In this document: in pieces, positions 61,693 to 64,000 of the stretch
Layout: each line of letters opens with the position of its first letter
How positions within the stretch are numbered: position 1 is the first letter of the stretch
NCBI GenBank assembly: GCA_945861065.1
Contig: CAMASI010000012.1
Coordinates: 8,139-72,138, forward strand
Source: Klebsiella pneumoniae
Lineage (GTDB): Bacteria; Myxococcota_A; UBA796; GCA-2862545
Length of the DNA: 64,000 bases
Reading direction: 5' to 3'
The notes under the pieces: generated by a model
Databases searched by the model: none
Told to the model about the DNA's origin: nothing
What the model saw: the letters and a program-made list of their open reading frames with translations, nothing else
Translations under genes and position numbers: made by a program

Positions 61693-63742
61693 ATGATCCC
61701 CCTGCTCTTCACGCTCGCGGCCTGCGGGTTGCTGCCCGGCGGCGAGGGTTCCGACGACTCGGAGACCACAGCGGCCATGCCGTCGGGAGAGGTGTGCGGC
61801 AACGGCGTCGACGACAATGCCAACATGCTGTCGGACTGTGCCGATCCCGCGTGTGCCTCGGTGTGTTCCGAGATCTGCAGCGATGGCTTTGACAACGACG
61901 GCGACGGTGCGTCCGATTGCAACGACAGCTCGTGTGACGGCGATTGCCCCGAGGACTGCTACGACGGTCGGGACAACGACGGCGATGGCGATGTGGACTG
62001 CAACGACGGCAGTTGTGACGGTTCCTGCGAGGAGGCGTGCGGCGACGACCGGGACAACGATGGCGACGGCTTCGTGGATTGCCTGGACCCGAGTTGCGAC
62101 GGGAGCTGCCCAGAAGACTGCGTCGACGGACGGGACAACGACGGCGACGCGTTGATCGACTGCCTGGACGACCAGTGCAACGCAACCTGCGACGTAGACG
62201 ACGATGGGTTCGCGTCCGCTGACCTTGGCGGGGACGACTGCGACGACGGCAACGCCGCGGTGAACCCCGGCGCGTTGGAATGGTGCAACGGTTTCGACGA
62301 CGACTGCGACTTCGCCGTAGACGACCTCGACCCGAGCCTGGACCCGGCGTCCACCACGGATTGGTATAACGACGCGGATGGTGACGGTTGGGGATCCATT
62401 CTCATCGACCGTTCGTGCATCCCGCCAGCCGGGCTTGTCGCAACCCAACCCGGCGATTGCGGACCCAACCCTCGACATCAGTTCGCTGATCCCGTGGTAC
62501 ACCGACGCCGATGGCGATGGATTCGGTGGGGCAGCCCTGCTGGCCTTCGCCTGCGACCAGCCCGACGGCGGTGCGGCCGACAGCGACGACTGCGACGACT
62601 CGGACCCCGACATCAGTCCGTTGGGTCTTGAGGTCTGCAATGGTGTGGACGATGATTGCGATGAAGACATTGACGACGACGACAGCTCTTTGGACCCTCT
62701 TTCCCTGCTGGTCTGGGCGGTAGACGATGATGGCGACGGCTTCGGGGACCCGGATCTGACCTTGTTGGCCTGCGACCAGCCCGTGGGCGCCGTGGGCAAC
62801 GTCGACGATTGTGACGACGGCAATCCGGCGCTTGGCCTGCTCGAACCTTGGGTCAAGGACAACGACGGCGACGGGTTCGGCGCAGGCGTCAGCATCGTCT
62901 CCTGCGCGAAGCCGGGCGGCGGCTATGTGCGCCTCAGCCTGGGGGAGGACTGCGACGATACAAACGTCGGCATCTCACCCGTGGACGTGGAGGTGTGCGG
63001 GGACGGCATGGACCAGGATTGTTCCGGTGCGGACCTGATCTGCCCGCTTTCTTGGCCGGGCAACTACGCCGCCGACATCGTCTTTGACGAATACCTCGAC
63101 AACATTCCGGTTGCGATGGCCTGGGACGGCGTGTCCCTGTGGACCGTTACGCAGACGGGTGTGGATTCCAGACATATGGCGGAGTACCTTCCCGATGGGA
63201 CCAGCGTCGCAATCTATACGCTCGCCACGGATTTCCGTGGCCTCGCCTCCTTCGTCGACGGAGACACCCCCCTCTTTGCACGGGTGAAGTCGCTTCCCGG
63301 ACTGCTTGAGCTTCACCCCGTACTCCACACGTTCGCGGCCGACGCAACGCTTGTGGGCGGCACGCTCGACCCGGATTCCAACGTGGTGTGGGACGATACG
63401 ACCGGCGAATATCTGGCGCTCGACGATGATGGAATCGTCGACCGATGGGACGCTTCGGGCGCCTGGGTGGGCAGCGTCTCGCTCGCGGGCTTCGGGACCC
63501 TGTTCTCGGAGTCCAATTTCCCGCAGGACCGTCGCCTTGCCGTGGCCGAAGGAACGCTGTTGACCTACTCGATGGGCACGCTCTCCGCTTGGGATCGCAG
63601 TGGGACCCGGCTGGACACGACCAACCTACTCGCGGCTGGCGTGCTTGCCGACTCGCATTGGAGCTTCTCCTTTGCCGCCTCCCGGGTGTGGGTCATCGAT
63701 GACGCCGATGCCAATTGGCGGGCCTACCCCATCGCCTATTGA
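61693..63742 (+). pseudogene. Paralogous metal-binding-motif lipoprotein gene with a +1 frame break near 62460
   Basis: GGAG plus ATG at 61693, with lipobox FTLAAC. The family-consistent sequence runs in frame 1 up to ...ATQPGDC (62458-62460) and resumes in frame 2 at [23 protein letters not shown] (from about 62459). The C-terminal roughly 230 aa form a non-repeat beta-rich domain. Confidence 0.6.
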
Positions 63743-64000
63743 CCGGGGTCCGCGTAGCCAAGCGCTTCGAGCGCCGCCTTCAGTTCTGGCTCCAGCGGCG
63801 TGCCGGCGCGGGTTTGCCGGCCCACTTCGTGGTCGTCGATGAGGCGTTGGAGCCGACCTGCGACGTCGGGGTTCGGAGCCGCGATGGCCGGTAGTGTTGT
63901 CAAGAATCTCCACGAACATTCCTCGGCCAGGGTAGGGCGGAGGACCGGTCCAGAAGTCGCCGCTACCGCCGTCCTCGTAGGCGTCGTTGAATGTGACGCA
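63736..64000 (-). CDS. 3' end of a minus-strand gene running off the window
   Basis: The frame is open from the window edge to a TAG at 63736-63738. The tail reads ...AIAAPNPDVAGRLQRLIDDHEVGRQTRAGTPLEPELKAALEALGYADPGQ. A different frame looks coding upstream of about 63885. Confidence 0.3.
   Translation of the reverse strand, partial: ASHSTTPTRTAVAATSGPVLRPTLAEECSWRFLTTLPAIAAPNPDVAGRLQRLIDDHEVGRQTRAGTPLEPELKAALEALGYADPGQ

Overview
GC-rich window, by eye about two thirds G+C. It is almost certainly from a myxobacterium. The evidence is a MYXO-CTERM-type tail (GCxC...hydrophobic...RRR), CGNG..D.GE.CDDGN..GDGC cysteine-rich repeats, many FG-GAP/VCBS proteins and DADGDGYG...CDD.D...PGA.E.CNG.DDDCD 'putative metal-binding' repeats. 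This placement is an inference from established family knowledge.

Layout from left to right:
- 0.9-5.4 kb: a translationally coupled deoC / aldehyde dehydrogenase / truncated ALDH-like / AlbA_2-HATPase chain.
- 5246-5782: a roughly 0.5 kb repeat element carrying a four-helix-bundle (23S-IVS/Avd-like) gene. It recurs inverted, with an internal 61-bp deletion, at 55079-55540.
- 6.8-22.9 kb: an accessory-looking enzyme cluster. It holds 2 sulfotransferases, a sulfatase-like protein with a degenerate FGly motif, a HAD hydrolase, an amidohydrolase, a DsbA-like isomerase, an LPMO-like protein, a class-III aminotransferase, and a PLP-dead aminotransferase copy fused to a GMC flavoprotein oxidase.
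- 22.8-27.4 kb: a 1508-aa Cys-repeat/FG-GAP lipoprotein.
- 27451-27548: tRNA-Sec (selC).
- 27.6-29.7 kb: MepA-like endopeptidase and gamma-glutamyltransferase.
- 30.5-34.7 kb: a plus-strand envelope operon (FGE-like, outer-membrane protein, lipoprotein, PHM/DBH-like copper monooxygenase, PSCyt1-like CX4CH protein).
- 36.6-49.1 kb: a housekeeping block (gltA, ftsH, tilS, RNHCP protein, HEAT-cyclophilin, der).
- 49-54 kb: more surface and secreted proteins.
- 54.3-58.2 kb: a decayed accessory islet with two PIN toxin-antitoxin pairs, the second copy of the repeat element, short odd repeats, an IS110 remnant and an FG-GAP gene fragment.
- 58.3-63.7 kb: two tandem giant metal-binding-motif lipoprotein paralogues.

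Best candidates for something new:
1. The aminotransferase plus dead-aminotransferase::GMC-oxidase pair, which may be a hard-wired alcohol-to-amine cascade, set among sulfotransferases.
2. The copper monooxygenase / cytochrome-like envelope operon.
3. Simple-sequence tracts, (CTTGGTT)x3.7 and an A5 run, that uncouple the signal peptides of two surface-protein genes. This looks like phase variation.

Caveat: several frame disruptions cluster in the right-hand third of the window. Assembly indels cannot be separated from real pseudogenisation or switching using this sequence alone. Function calls rest on motifs read by eye. No database search was run.
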